NCBI GenBank assembly: GCA_965637545.1
Contig: OZ281501.1
Location: forward strand, 1,488,001-1,552,000
Source: Phallusia mammillata
Taxonomy: Eukaryota
Direction: 5' to 3'
Length of the DNA stretch: 64,000 nt
Made by a program: the position numbers and the translations under genes. Numbering within the stretch: position 1 is the stretch's first letter; every line of letters begins with the position of its first letter. Below, one piece after another: positions 40,700-54,616 of this stretch. Below the pieces are notes generated by a model. That model did no database searches and was not told the origin of the DNA. It worked only from the letters and a program-made list of their open reading frames with translations.

Positions 40700-41000
40700 A
40701 TAAGGGCGACGTAATTTTGACGTCAGATTTATTATAGCGTCGGTGATTGTTACGTCACTACGCACACCGTTATGATGGGACAAACGGCGAATGTTCTATT
40801 TCCATAACGCAACAATCACCCGCTGCCCCCCAAAACAAAAATAATCGCGAAAAAGGGAAGTCTTATCGATTATGACGTAGGGGTCGCAACAAACGCTTTC
40901 CAAACGAAAGAGCGACCGCGAGAACACGCTGCGCGCGCTGAGCATTGTGACGTTGTTGCCTTCTTCTCGTACGCCGAACGTCATATAAATACGCCGAGGT
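40700..41000 (+). promoter_or_regulatory. Proximal promoter of the NR4A-like gene: TATA box plus CRE/ATF-like sites
   Basis: TATAAATA at 40984-40991, full TGACGTCA at 40718, and TGACGT/ACGTCA half-sites at ~40752, ~40873, ~40948 and ~40978. Confidence 0.6.
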
Positions 41001-41083
41001 CCAATGCTGTCTGCGTCAGTGCGTCAACGGGAACGTAACCAACGTGGTTTCGAGGTCAGGAACGCCCGCTACGTTATTGCGGC

Positions 41084-44000
41084 ATGGTGACTGCGTTGAA
41101 AGATTACGATAACAGACTCAAGGTTAAAGATAGCAGGTGTAAGTTTGGTTCGGTGCGCCTGTGTGTGGGTGCAGAATAGAACAAGGTGTGGTGTAATTTA
41201 GATAAGTTGATTTTTTCTTACAAAAAGTGTGGGTCTGTTTTAATTTTCCGTCGAGCAAGCGAAAGGAAATCTTCATAAAACTAGAAAGTTGGGTACTAAC
41301 GGTGGCATTTTAAAATCTAACAGCAATTATGGTCGAAACCGGTCACTCGCTTAAAAAGTGCAAGACGTGTTTAAAACTAAATAATTGATTTTACAAATTA
41401 CAATGAAAAAAAAATATAGCGATCTAAAACATTTTGGTTTATTGAAAAATATTATTTAACAACACGGAAAAATATTCCTACAGGGGAAATGGGATTTTAT
41501 ATGTCGGAAGCGTGGAACAATAATGTTTGCAAATATCGATCACAGGCCAAAGACAGCGCGTACGTATATGGGAGAAAACACTCTAGTCCATATGCGTCGC
41601 AAACGTGAAATAGAACGTAGGCTATTTTCGGATGCGTTCGGATATTTTCGCGCCCGAATTAGCTCGGTATTCGGCGGCTGCGATCAGCTTCGGCTATTTT
41701 CGGATGACTGCTGTCGGTAAACACAGGGCATCGAGGTAGAAATATTTAGTGACGGTGATCTATAACGGGAGTGCGTCCCGTTATGTGCTTAGAACACCGT
41801 AAACTGTAGACGCAATCGGGTAAAAATAAAGTGACGTTATTTCAACGTCGCGAAAACCATTTCACTTTCTGATTAAAAGCAACCGAAAACAATATTATTT
41901 TACTAACCGGATAATCACTATTCGAAAAACTTCCGATGACAAGAATACTGGATTTACATTTTCATGGAAAATTCAAAGCAATTAATTGGTTGTTTGTGAC
42001 GTCTCTATGGCTTCGTTGTTTCGTCACATAAATGTCAATTGGTCATTGTTGGTGACGCGTGTGTCTAGAATATAATCTTGCACGTGGATTTAACTATTTT
42101 CGCAGCAATTGTGATCATTGACGCGTGGACGGCGGTGTGATGTCATAAATTGGTTTGTTGCGTAAGCAAGCAAATTTGCGGTAAGCTACATGAATAATTT
42201 TGACAAGGTCAGTCGCAAGCAAATTTTCAGGTCTTCCGGCCCGGCTTTAGGCATAAGCAGGCAGACAGCGAATAAAATCAAACTGTAAATTTGCCACTAA
42301 GTTGGCATTTGTTGTGTCCAGATGTATATTGACCAAGTGGTAGAAAAATGCTTGGTCAAATTTGGAAGAACAGTAAACAGCGTGACACTTCCAACTCTTA
42401 AAACAGCTTCCGAAACGAGCATCTTCCGTGTTATGTTCGCAATTTGCTTTCGGGAAGCTGCTTATATGTGTCGAACATTATATTTATCTCAAACATTTTT
42501 GGATAATTTCGAGCTAGAAGCAAGGCAACAGTATATTTAATTGTGATTTTCAGGAAAGTTTTGTACTAAGTTTTAAAACTATGTTAAAAGTTAAAGCCGA
42601 CATTAGCTTGGTGCACGTTGACTAGTTGACTGGCTCGTTTGTATCAGTAGCCTTTGAATGGCATGTTTATTTGTAGCTGTTTTATTTTTAAATGTATGTT
42701 TTCTATGTTTTCAGCTTTGTAGTTGTGTAGAATAGAATGGGAACAAGCGGAAAGTCAATTTAAACTTGCCCATACATCTCGCCAACTATAGACTGAATTT
42801 AGACAAAATTGAGCCCCAACGGGATATCAATTCTCACAGTATACCTCAGAAACAAGGTAAATAATAAACATTGTTGTGTTATAATACGATTATAATGAAA
42901 TAAACCTTGTATCAAGGCGGTTTAGTTGTGTAGCACAATGCAAAACGCAGCCATTTTGACATTGTAGACTGGACAGCTATTTCACATTTTATGTTATATA
43001 CACTAATTATCACGTTTATAATTGTTTCATTTCACTATTTTTATTTGCCATGACACTTTACACATCATGTTACAAAACCATTGAAAATAATTTGCGATAC
43101 GAATCAAAATTTGATTTTCTGTTTTTTGAGCTTATTGTTACATATTGACCCTAATTTTAAATGTTTAAAATCTATTTTTACAAAAGAACTAGTAAATTTG
43201 CATTTAACCCAAATTGCCCACGGCCACCATTTTGCACAGGCACCGAAATTTATGAGGACACTGGTTATTCCGATAAATCGATAATTTTGCGAGACAATGA
43301 CAAATATGATAATAAAATGCAAGTTTATTCATCCAACCTGCATTTAAAAAAGAATTTTCCACGCCCAAAATATTCTAGTAAAACACAAGATTTTGGTTAC
43401 ACTGTATTTTGTTCAATAATCACAAAATTATAATTTTAGGGATTCAACCCGATATTATAAAAACGTATTTGGACAACTAGGGTTATTTTACACCTTTTTA
43501 GTGTTTATTGCTGTGTTCTAGCAGGCATAATAAATCGTGTAACTTTGGGTATTTCTGCATTCCATGCCATAATAATATTCAGAACCATTTCATCCACTTA
43601 TTTGTAGCAATCTCACAGCACGCTAATATTGAGCACATCAAAATGTCAGTCGTAATTTTATTTACCCACCGTTGCATGTCATTAACCCCAACTCATTTCA
43701 CCATTCAGTGCACGAACAAAGTACAACGATTGGCGAAGGAATGACCATGGATTGCGCAATCGTTGAATGTCACCCTGAAATAACTCAGTTCTACGGCTTT
43801 TCGTCGCCCCCAACCAGTTACCCCGCTGTTGTATCATCGCCTGAAGACAGCGACCTTTTCGGAACAAACCCAAGCTGGTCGCTAAGCGAAGCTGACAGCG
43901 TGGACAGGCTGCTGGAAGGCATCACCTCAGAACCGTCAGTAAACCTGCCTTGCTTGTCAGATGCATCGATTCAGGAATCGTTGAGCTTCTCACCACCGTC

Positions 44001-47000
44001 AACCCAGCCCGTTTCCACTTACCAAAGCCTGGATTCCACCTTCACAATGAACCAGCAATGCAGCCCTGTTATGGCGCCTCAAGTGTACGACCACGCATGC
44101 CCACAGAACGCCAACTGGCTCCTGGAGCATCAAGGCCCACCTTGCGACAGCTCTAGTTGTTCACCAGCAACCAGTGGAGGGCGCTCTGTCATGGATGCAA
44201 CTTTGGATGAACTCCAGGGTCTTTACCAGTGTGATGAAATCCAGCCCAGCGAAATTGAGGCCGGAATCCAAAACTTTCAAGCCACAGAGTACGCACCGCC
44301 TCAAACCTTCTCATCGGGATTCGAACCCGCAACCGATGGATTATACGAAGAGCACGACTTGAATACAACCCAATGTTACAGCTACAACCAATCGCAACAG
44401 TGCAATTTTTCAGCTGTTGTGAAACAGGAACCGGGTACTTGCTTCGAACATGTGGGCTACAGAGAACAGCCTACTGCTGGTAAGAATGTTATGAATATAT
44501 TTGGTTTTAAAATAACAAGGAAAACCGCAGATTTTACTAAAAATGACTTATTTTGAGTGTTTTGTTCTGATCAACCTGGTTTTACCATAACCCACTTTTT
44601 CTGGCGATTAGGTATTTGATTTACTTGGCCGAAATTGTCGCTAAAGAGAACAGATATGGTTTCAAACTATTTTTGTCGGCATAACTAGTGTTTATAGTTG
44701 ACTGCAATGACTGACAAAGCAAATGAATTATCTGTTTATCGCTTGTCGATACCCTTGAACTTTAAACAGGGCAACGGTGGTTGAATTTGAAGAATTTGAA
44801 GTGTCCTGTTTTCTTTTAAAGCGCCTTACATTGAAAAACTATGTGTCCAATTTCTAACCTACTTTCTAAATTTCATAACTAATCACTATTTACAATGCTT
44901 CAAACCTTGGCAACACGAGCTTGTTGAAGCGTAAACCAAGTAGCATGGTAACGGATTTTATGTTTTACATCTAGAAACAAAATGCTAAAGCTAACTTTTT
45001 ATACATACAGAACCTATTCGTTGCAATATTTAATGCTAAGGGCTGTTGCCATTGGGATCAAGCCTAAGATCTCTTATTAGACAGCCTTACAATTTTGACT
45101 GATATGCACTAGGGTGATAAAAAAAATAAGTTAATGCCTTGGTGCAAATTTTTTAGTTATAAGAGAAGCCTGCATTTGAATATAGTTACACGTTATGTAC
45201 TTAACAATTTGTCTTGACAATTTTTATAGGCGACTACTGTCAGTTGATGAGCAATAACCCATCTCGCCGAAGATGCAGTCTTACTCCACAGCAAGCTCTT
45301 CCACACAGGAACTCATTTGGCCGCCAGATGTCACAAGAGACACCGTCGCCTACTCGCACCAAATTTACTCTTCAACAGCAACACTCCTTCTCCGACCCTT
45401 CGATCCCTGATTCCCTGCGTCCTGAGGCTCCTCCCTACAGCTCCCTTCCTCCAAGATACCCGACTTCTTCAAGCATAGCATCCGGACACGTTTATCCCTC
45501 GTGTTCGATGCCTCTTACTGTGAACCAACACCGAACTGACAACTTTGGAACTCAAGTCACTTACGTACCGAAGCAGCAAGCACTCTTGCCTCCGCAGACT
45601 TGCGTATTTGCTCCCACCTCTACCCCCTTCTTCAAGCAGAAGCCTGCATCCTTTTCACAGGTGTGTATTTGATATTAATTTTAATTACTATACCTTATTA
45701 TTTACACTCTATTGAAATGCTTGCCGTTCTATGCATTATAAATGTAATCAATAGCGGATATATTTAAGCCCGCCATTTTAGTTTCTTAATCGCCACATTT
45801 ATACACAATATCAAATTGACAAACGTGGTCGAAATGCGTAGTCTTTTAGTATGTGAAGATTCTTACATTACCATTTAACCGTTTGTTGGTTTGTATTTAC
45901 AAATGCCAGCATAGAAATTGCGAGTCAATATGGCCATTCTGTTCAAAGCCTTTAAAGTTAAGGTCCAACCAATTTCAATAAAGGATTAATTAAGAAGCAA
46001 ATGCTTCTGACTCAAAATCAGTAGACACTGAGTTGGTAGTTCGAGATATATATTCCACCTATTCAGGCGTCGTCAGTCTCTAAAAAACTGCAAACAAACG
46101 AATGCCTACTATTAGAGGGACAGATCGTGTGAATAGCAATTATGTCAACCAATTTCAATGAACACTTCGTATTATATAACCCGTATCGGATGCTTGCACG
46201 CTTAAGCTGGTATGATGCTGTATACATCACACAACACATCAGAAACAAAACTTAAAACACGCCATTGCATTAGCGAGAGTGAGATAGAGAGAGAGTGTGC
46301 AAGAGTGGGGCATGTTTGTGTGAACAACAATGCTCCCGTGATAGTGTTACTGGAACTGTTTACACCTTGCAAACCTGCTGCCCCGTCCACTTGTTATACT
46401 GGCCAAGCAACGTCTGTTCGCTGTCGCATTTTCGCTCCAAACCGCCTGAGGCGAACCGGTGATGGTGCCGGTCGCCACACTACTTTTCTGAAGTGAATTT
46501 TCTACTCTGATCGCTATCAAAAAGCGTTAGATCGAAAATAGGCGGAGTGCAGTCATGTTTTTTGACCTTATTGCAGAATATACTTACTGTACATCAGCTT
46601 TGGGAAATTGTGTGTGAAAATGGTTAGCGGCGGGAAAATGTGCTGCGAATTACCGCCATTTGTCCTTCCCGACGCCGTTACCGACACTCACGCCCTTTTT
46701 CTCCCCTATCATAATCGCCCAGTTAGTTGAACTGCTCAAGCGAACGTCGTATTAGTTGACAAAGGACAGCAGAGCACTAAAGTCGTCTGCCAAGTGAAGC
46801 AAAAGGACAATACAGACAAAAGACTTCAATTGCAGCTTTTTTAGACCTAGTGCTAGACTTCGTACAGTTTAATGAAGCATTAACTCATTCAAAGCCTACA
46901 ATGTAGTTTATTGTGCAGTTTTAAGAAACTATGTTATATTTTGCCAGCACCATGCCCGTAGCAGAAGTAAATGAGATTTGTGCAAATGTGTTTAGATTTT

Positions 47001-50000
47001 TACACAATTTTGAAGTTTAAAGTTGAGGTTATTTTCTTTCTTTTGTCGAAGGCTCCCCCTTAAGGTTTGTGTGTTATCAAGTAGGAGGGCTAAACTCCGC
47101 AAACTTATAGGCGGGAAAAACATGCTGATAGCGCAAGAATTGAAACAATCAACCCGACTCACTTGCCTTGAGAACGCAGCAACATGAGCAGACTGGACTT
47201 TACGTTCCAGCTCAGTAACAGAGGGCCAGGGGGGTTATTAGGGACTTCCCCGCAGCCCCACGACGTCTTAGCAGCTTTGAGGGGTGCGCAAGATCTGCCG
47301 AGACTTTCTGAGTCGATCCTGGATGGTCAGGTCCTGGACACAGACCAAAGATCCTCATCGTCATCTTCACTCATCGGATTTGACGATGCTGACGTCACTG
47401 AGATGCATGAGACGCTGCTCGATAGGGGGCTTATCGCTCATCCGCTTAAAGAAAAGTTATACGAGCAGTCGTATGGGAGGAAGAGCCCGATAACAATTCA
47501 CTCGCTCACTACTTCGGGCGGAGGGCTTAAGATATCGGGAAATATGGCTCCCTCCAACGGCTACACTCGCAAGTGGCATCGCAACGCTCAGGACGTCAGT
47601 CTTGCCGCCGTCCTCTCGCCTACTACGTCACAATGGCTCAATCCAGGTATGACGTCATTGCATAAGACGTCACCCGAGCCGCCTACGTCATCACCTAGTG
47701 ACTTGGGTTTATTGGACGAAGAGCGAAATCAGTCTGGGACTTTTAATCGAAACTTAGGGGTCTACTCGGGGACGCCCCCTACTTCACCTATTGACTTGGT
47801 CGGGTTTCGAGTCCCCGAATCGCGCTTGAACGAAGACTTTGACTTTTTGTCGGAAATGAAGGCAAAACAAAAACCGATTGTTTCGCAACAACACAGTTGG
47901 TCGGAAAACACGCGGCGTCGATATTTGTCGTTTGACCCTGTCTTCAGTTCACCATTTGACCTTAACCCAAGGTCACGGAGCACGGTCCATGACCTTGACT
48001 ACCCGAGTGGCGAGTCGACCCATAGCTTCAATGAAGATTCTGTAAAGTTTGAAACTGTGGAGCGATCAGCTACCGAAGCTTTGCACCCAGAATGCAAAAT
48101 CCATCTTCTTAATCAGGACTTTAATGCATCCACCTCATCTACCTCACAAGGCATGCACTGTACGAGCAACTCTTCACGCCAAACTGACCTGCAATCGCCA
48201 TCACTCCAGCTTCCAAACCTCTTTCAGCATCCTCAAAGCCATCAGCATATTCACCAGCACGAGAGCTCTGTGAGCAAACGCAGACGTGTTTCACTTCCAG
48301 TGGGTCAGCCGATTCAGATCAGCCACCATGGTTACCCACACCAGCACTTCAACGCACATCTAAATAATAACAACAACGGCGGCAACAAAATTGACGTAAA
48401 AATAGAGTATTTTTCACCTGACGATGTCCGGCTAAACCGGGTGAAATTCTCCCCGTCGCATCCTAGCCACCAGCACCAGGTATATTTCAAAGAGTGGTGG
48501 TAGTGGAAAGGAAAAAATAGTTACACTTAGATGCATTTTATAAAGATCTGAGCCAGTTTGTGGTTTCGAAAATCGTTAAGTCCATCAATTTAAAGTTCTA
48601 AATTTGATTGGTTGCAACCGAGTTCTCAAAATGTATTTAAACCGATAAAGATAATGGTAAAATGTCATAGTCGTGTATGCAGCATTTTCTATTGGTGGAT
48701 CTCAACAAATTTGCGCGCTTCGTGATATTATTCCCCGCACGTTTAATGACCCCAAGCTAACTGAGTAAAGTCAGGTACTGCGTGCGCAAGGCGTAATATT
48801 TTTGGCAATGACCAACGTGCCAGACACGACATTGGGTGTAAATGTCACATAACAAACATACGTCACTGCTTGTAACAACCAACACCTGATGTTTTTTCCA
48901 CATTAATAGGGAATGTCAGCAAGTACCAAGCACTCGCATTTAGGCAAGCAGCTGTTACAGTCGCTGAGAGAAACGGGCAAGCGAGTTTTGAAATGCTTGT
49001 AGTACCAAGAACCGAAGTGCCAGCCTTTAGCCGCGGGGCTTGAAACCGGGCTCCAACCATAGCGATCATTTTGCTCGTACTGTGCGCTAATCATACACGA
49101 AACACTCTGTCGTTGCGCCGCAAAGTAGCATCCAATGGCCGTATCGGCTTGGAACTGTCGGCGGTGTGTAATTCCATCAAAAGCTGTTGTTAAATGGCGC
49201 GACGAACGATCCCGGCCGTTTATTAAACGCGGATTGTTTTCGTGCGTGGCACCGCGATTGGACGATATAACACGTCGCTACGTCAACAAACAACCTTATG
49301 ACGTAATAATATCGGATCTGGGTGTAACCAGTAAGATAGAGTTGGGGTTTGAATTCGACTAGCCTCATTTTTTTAATGCATATGGCTAATTGATTACTTG
49401 AAAACATTTTCGGCCATTTATCAACATATAATACTAGTTTGAAACTTATAGGTTTGCGTTAGGAACATGTGTCATCTTTTTATTTTAAATGAGCTACATT
49501 GTATATTTTGTAACCGGCACTTAATACAATTACAATTAACAAGTTTAGTTACCATAATACATTCTTTTGCATAATCAAAATGCTTTTTTCACAATTTTAC
49601 ATGCTAAATTATTTTTGTTTTAATTTGCAGGGTCGCTCCAAGACCTCCCTACCTACCCCAATTGTGGGCCCCAGCACTTCACATGCCCAAACTCACCCCT
49701 CAGTGTCACCCCTAAGCCAGGGTTCATACGGGGGCTTCGGGGAAGGCACCTGCGCAGTTTGCGGTGATAAAGCAAGATGGCAACATTATGGAGTTCTTGC
49801 TTGCGAGGGATGTAAAGGTTTTTTCAAGGTACGTTAAATTGCTCTCTTGACGCAAATTACAATGCAGGTGCAGCCACATCCGACTGTGATTTTTTGTGTG
49901 GGCGTGAAAAGGCGTGCAAAACCAGATTTTTATGTTTTTTTTGCTCTTTACAGCGTTCGGTCCAAAAGGACGCAAAATACGTCTGTCTCGGAAACAAGAA

Positions 50001-52770
50001 CTGCCCGATCGACAAGAAAACCCGCACACATTGTCCGTACTGCAGATACCAGAAGTGCATCTCAGTTGGAATGATAAAAAACGGTGAGTTATGAAAAAAA
50101 ACAATACAAAATTTTTAGCAATTTTTAAACAAATTAGATTTATTTATTTATTTTTCAAACAATACCAATTTTGTGTTTAACGTCAGAAAAAGTTTAAAAC
50201 ATTTTTTACGACTTACTGGACAAAGCTGACTCGCAAACCCGCTTAAACTTTGCAACATATTTCGAACAAATGCAATTTTATTATTTTAGGGTACACATGA
50301 TAAAAATCTAAAAAGTAAATTGAATTAAAAATAAATTGTAACCGAAGTAGCCGTTTTTGGTAAACGGTTCCATGAATAAATGGCGGCATAGGAATGTGTA
50401 TTGAATAAAGTAGGCTTCGCGATTTATATTGAGGAGAAATATTTCTTCTGGGTATTCGCCAGCTGATCTTTATCACGCTCCAATCGTTGTGATTATCGTA
50501 ACTGTTACGCGGTTTGGTCTTTCCTGGGCGAGAAGCCCAAAGACTTGTGCTGCCAAAAAACACAAATTCCGTGTTCCAGTTTGACCTGTTTTGAAAATTC
50601 TATAAACGCGGCCGTTTTTGACACATAGAAATTCTATGTTAAAATGGAAGTGCTATTAAAATCGAATATTTGAGAATGAAAACATTAATATTGAAGTACT
50701 AAAGTCTGTTATTGCGTTTAATTTCTGTTTTTGATTACGAATAGTAAAATTTCTTTTAAACTGCTATGCTTTCTTACAACTGTGTGATATTTATACACTT
50801 AAATTCTCATAATTCATATATTCGGCAAATTGTTCATGTCTAATTTTGTACAAACTGACTTGTAACAGAATCAGCAATCAAAAATCTATTTTCAAGTTTT
50901 AATAGCACGTTTGGGTTTTCTCTAACATTCCATTTAAGCGATGTTGCGGTTTTTCTCATTTTACCAAATTCACACGAATTTCACGAAACGCCAATCGCTA
51001 TAAAGTGACTTTCTTCACAAAAACGCAACATATGTCGGTTAAAAATAAACACAGCGATTTTTTTGCGGCGGTGAGATCGAATTTTACGCAAAGTGAGTCA
51101 TCCGAAAGCGTTGTAGTCACGTACGATAAGCATGAACGCACACACGCAAGGTCAAAATCACTCATGCGATTCGCTGCGGAGAATGGCTCGATTGTGACGA
51201 AACAATGAAAGACGAATTCCGCGTCATTAAAGCGCCAAGTTCCAGTTTATAGTTCGTCCAAACTATGCTTGGTTTGGAATTACAGCGCCTTGCTTAAGGA
51301 GAAATGGCTTCCGCCTGAAAACTACAATTAGGTTCGGGAAACGCCGACTGGAAAATGAAAATGTGGCGGGCGCGATCTTTTTCAGGATAAAGATAAAATT
51401 ATGGGGGATGTGAAAATACGTGGTGGAAAAAAAGTACGTTGGCGTTCATAAAAATTTTTCTGCCTGCGAAAACTGTTTTTTCTTTAATAGGGGAAATATA
51501 AATGTTTTATTTTGCACAAACATTTTCACACGGTTTCAATCTATTGTCATTTTATACACTTTGTTGTTAGTTAATTCCCACCCTTTGACAAAGCTTTAGC
51601 GATTTTTAGGGCCTTAAAACAGATGCAACCACAAGTACAGCTGGCGTTGACACGTTTACAGGCAACATATAACAAATCCAAGCATAGGGTTCAACAATAC
51701 ACCTTGCATCGCTGTGAAAATATTATCCTCACAGCAGAAATGTTACGCGGTGTTCGTGAGAAAGTTTTAGTGCTCCTAAAACCATTGACGCACCAGTAAA
51801 GTAGTAATCGTTGCAACGAACCGTAGCAAATTGGCAATAAACACGTATTTTCATGTCAGCGTGCAGCTGAAACGATTCTGTTCACAGGTTTGGAGTTTAG
51901 GGACCCAAGCAGTATAATACCTGCATGACCTGTTTTTGTTTGTGACGTTCATGCAACATTATGACGTGGCGGTCAATGTCATGACCTCAAGCGACGTAAT
52001 GGGTTCACGCGAGTTCGTTTTCGTTTGTTCCCATAGACGGCAGCCAGCTTTGTTTATTTTACATCCTGATTGAACGCCAAATTATGAGATTAACCTATCA
52101 CCTTTGTAATGTTTGGACTCGAAAATATGCGCGTCCTGTTTGCAAAGACCGGTTATCGATGCATGGCTACAAAATTTTGGGACACTTATGTTTAAGTGAT
52201 ACGACACAGAATTTTATTTACGGTTTTAAGCGCCCAAAACCCACCAATCATTGTTGTGCTAAGAAAATATTTTTTTAAACTCACAAATATTTATAAAAAA
52301 ACAATTTGGTGTGTAAATACAAACCATAAATACATTTTCATATGCAATATATACAAACACTTGATTAAATTGCACAAAAATTATCACTAAAACAGACGAT
52401 TAAATACTTGATTTATCTTTTTTGGTTTATGCAATATCTTTCCAATTGTTCTTTACTTAATTTTACTTTTTTCTTTCTAGTTGTTCGAATCGACCGACCA
52501 CGAAAACCATCCAAGACCAAATCGTCGAATAAGCCATCAGTCAACCAAAGCAAGCCCAGTCCTATGATCCAACCCCTTCCCAGCACCACGTGTCCCCTGA
52601 CCACCACATCAGCCAATCACAACGTCAACATCGCTCACGTGACCACACATGCGCGTATCCATGGTGACCAGCATCCACAACAACAGCAGCAGCAACCGCA
52701 CCAAAACTTCACCGGTTTCGACCTTGCCGCGCACCAAAGCTCAAGCTCTATGCAAACATTCTTCCACTAG
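41084..52770 (+). CDS. NR4A: NR4A-like nuclear receptor lacking a ligand-binding domain, ~1047 aa; exons 41084-41138, 43709-44479, 45230-45660, 47211-48479, 49631-49828, 49954-50083, 52481-52770
   Basis: [32 protein letters not shown]|[43 protein letters not shown]|VVRID is closest to NR4A (QHYG, CEGCKG, VQKxAKYVCL, VVRxD). Intron positions after FFK and before VVR match NR4A. All junctions are in phase. A stop follows ~96 aa after the DBD. The exon-1 ATG is in good Kozak context and in frame; ATG 43741 is an alternative start. Confidence 0.85.
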
Positions 52771-54616
52771 AGGGATTCGAGAGCGGACGATTTGATTGAC
52801 AGGCGGGTTTTGCACACGGCACGCGCCCGGGTTATTTTTGGCGGGACGACATTTCGCAAACAAGCAATCCAAGTGTGATTGTCGTTTCCGGTGGCCCTTG
52901 TGCCCGATCTTGGTGACGTAACAATGGAAGGAAGCGCTTCGTGACGTAACAAAGGAGAAAGCCACGTCGCTTGCACATTAGGTGGCGCCATTCTTGCCAA
53001 AAACTAACTTTCACATTTTATCATTTCATCACCAGTTACTGCACAGTCCTGAGATTTCGTCAAAGTTTCAATTTTCGTTTATTTTTCTTCCCCGGTGTCC
53101 TGCACTTTATTTGCTGCCTTCTACGAAATTATCTTTGCCAAAATAGAAACAACGTAAATCCCTACTCCCAGGACAAAGTCCGGGTCATCAACATTCCGGA
53201 AGTATTGCCAAGTATAGATTGTTCCAAAATAATAGCATTGTTTACGTCATAAGGACCCAAGATACTTTTGCTGGCATTATTTTCTCTCGACAATTTACTG
53301 CCTATATTCTGTTGTAATTTTTCATTTCTCTCAAAAAAGCCTATTTTATGCTACGATTTTTTGCTCATGTTCGTATTATATTTGTTATTCTATTTTTTCT
53401 GTTGTCATTTACGAAAAAAAATTTAAGTTTCGTATGAAAGTATATGAAAGAAAAATTATATTTTTGCCCAAATTCGCTTCTATATATATGATATGTGTAT
53501 TTTTTTGTTGCATCATACTTTTTAGTTTTGCGTAAAAACTTTCAATTTGGGAACCGTATTCTTTCACAAAACATGATTTTCTTTTTAAACTTGCCAGTGG
53601 CCAGGGCGTTATGCCTCACTGCCTTTCCGTAACACGTGCGTGCGCAGTCAAGCGAAATAAACAGTCGATGCATGAAATTTTTTCGTCCGACCGTAAATTG
53701 TTTTGCAGAAAACACATCGAAAAATCAAATTAATAAATTGTAGCAGAAATTTTATTTTAAGGAAATAGTAAAAATGTCCGCAAATTTAAAATTCTAGCAG
53801 AGGGTTCCCTAACCAACTTTAATCAGTCAAGCGCAGCGACAAGTAGTTCAGTACAGAGTTAGAAATGGTTTTATATACTAACAAGCTTGATGAGTATGTT
53901 GACAATTTTTTCCTCCAAAATACTATGAGGCCGATTTACTTAATCAGGAAATATACTTCAAACGTTTGTTTCATTTTAATCCTGGGTGGGCGGGCAACGT
54001 ATAAATTCGTTCTTCTGGCAATGAACTCACCGTGCTTGTCTGTTGAATTATTTTTATTGATTTTTACGAAGTTGCAAGTTCAAAGGCGCTCGCGCTAAAC
54101 AGTCAGATATCTTGGCAGATAACGTTGGAACATTGTTTGCAATGGTCTTCTCCAAAAGTCAAATAAAAACCGCAACAATGGTACGATGCAAAACAGCGCC
54201 TTAACTGTGAAATCTAAGGTCACATTGTAATGTAACGTAAAGATTTATCTCAGTGTTTAAAGTCAGCAAGGGCGTTCACAAAAACCTGGAGATTAACTAG
54301 AACGAGTGATTGGCCAAATAAATTGCCAGAGATTTAAAAAAAATCGAAAAAGCAAAACAACCATATCAAAATGCTATTCGAAAAAGCACTGGAATCATTT
54401 CTTTGTGTTAGGATATTAACCACACAGCACATAGTATCAACCCGTGAGTGTCCGAACATAGATATTTTTGTGCCCTTGTTTGTTGCGAACAGAGAATACA
54501 ACGCCAATGAAGATCACTACCGCCACCATGCGAGAATCATCCAGCGGGAAATTTAGAACGCTACAGTTTCTACAGAGAATGGGATATTTTTGTTTTTGTG
54601 AAGGACATACGACGCC

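Noticed and set aside
48863-49094. Overlapping short ORFs in NR4A-like intron 4
   Set aside because: No phase-compatible splice sites and no recognisable product. More likely regulatory DNA.
51610-51800. ~60-codon helical-looking frame in NR4A-like intron 6, as a displaced LBD exon
   Set aside because: The phase is incompatible with the upstream exon (immediate stop), there is no LBD signature motif, and it lies before the DBD extension.
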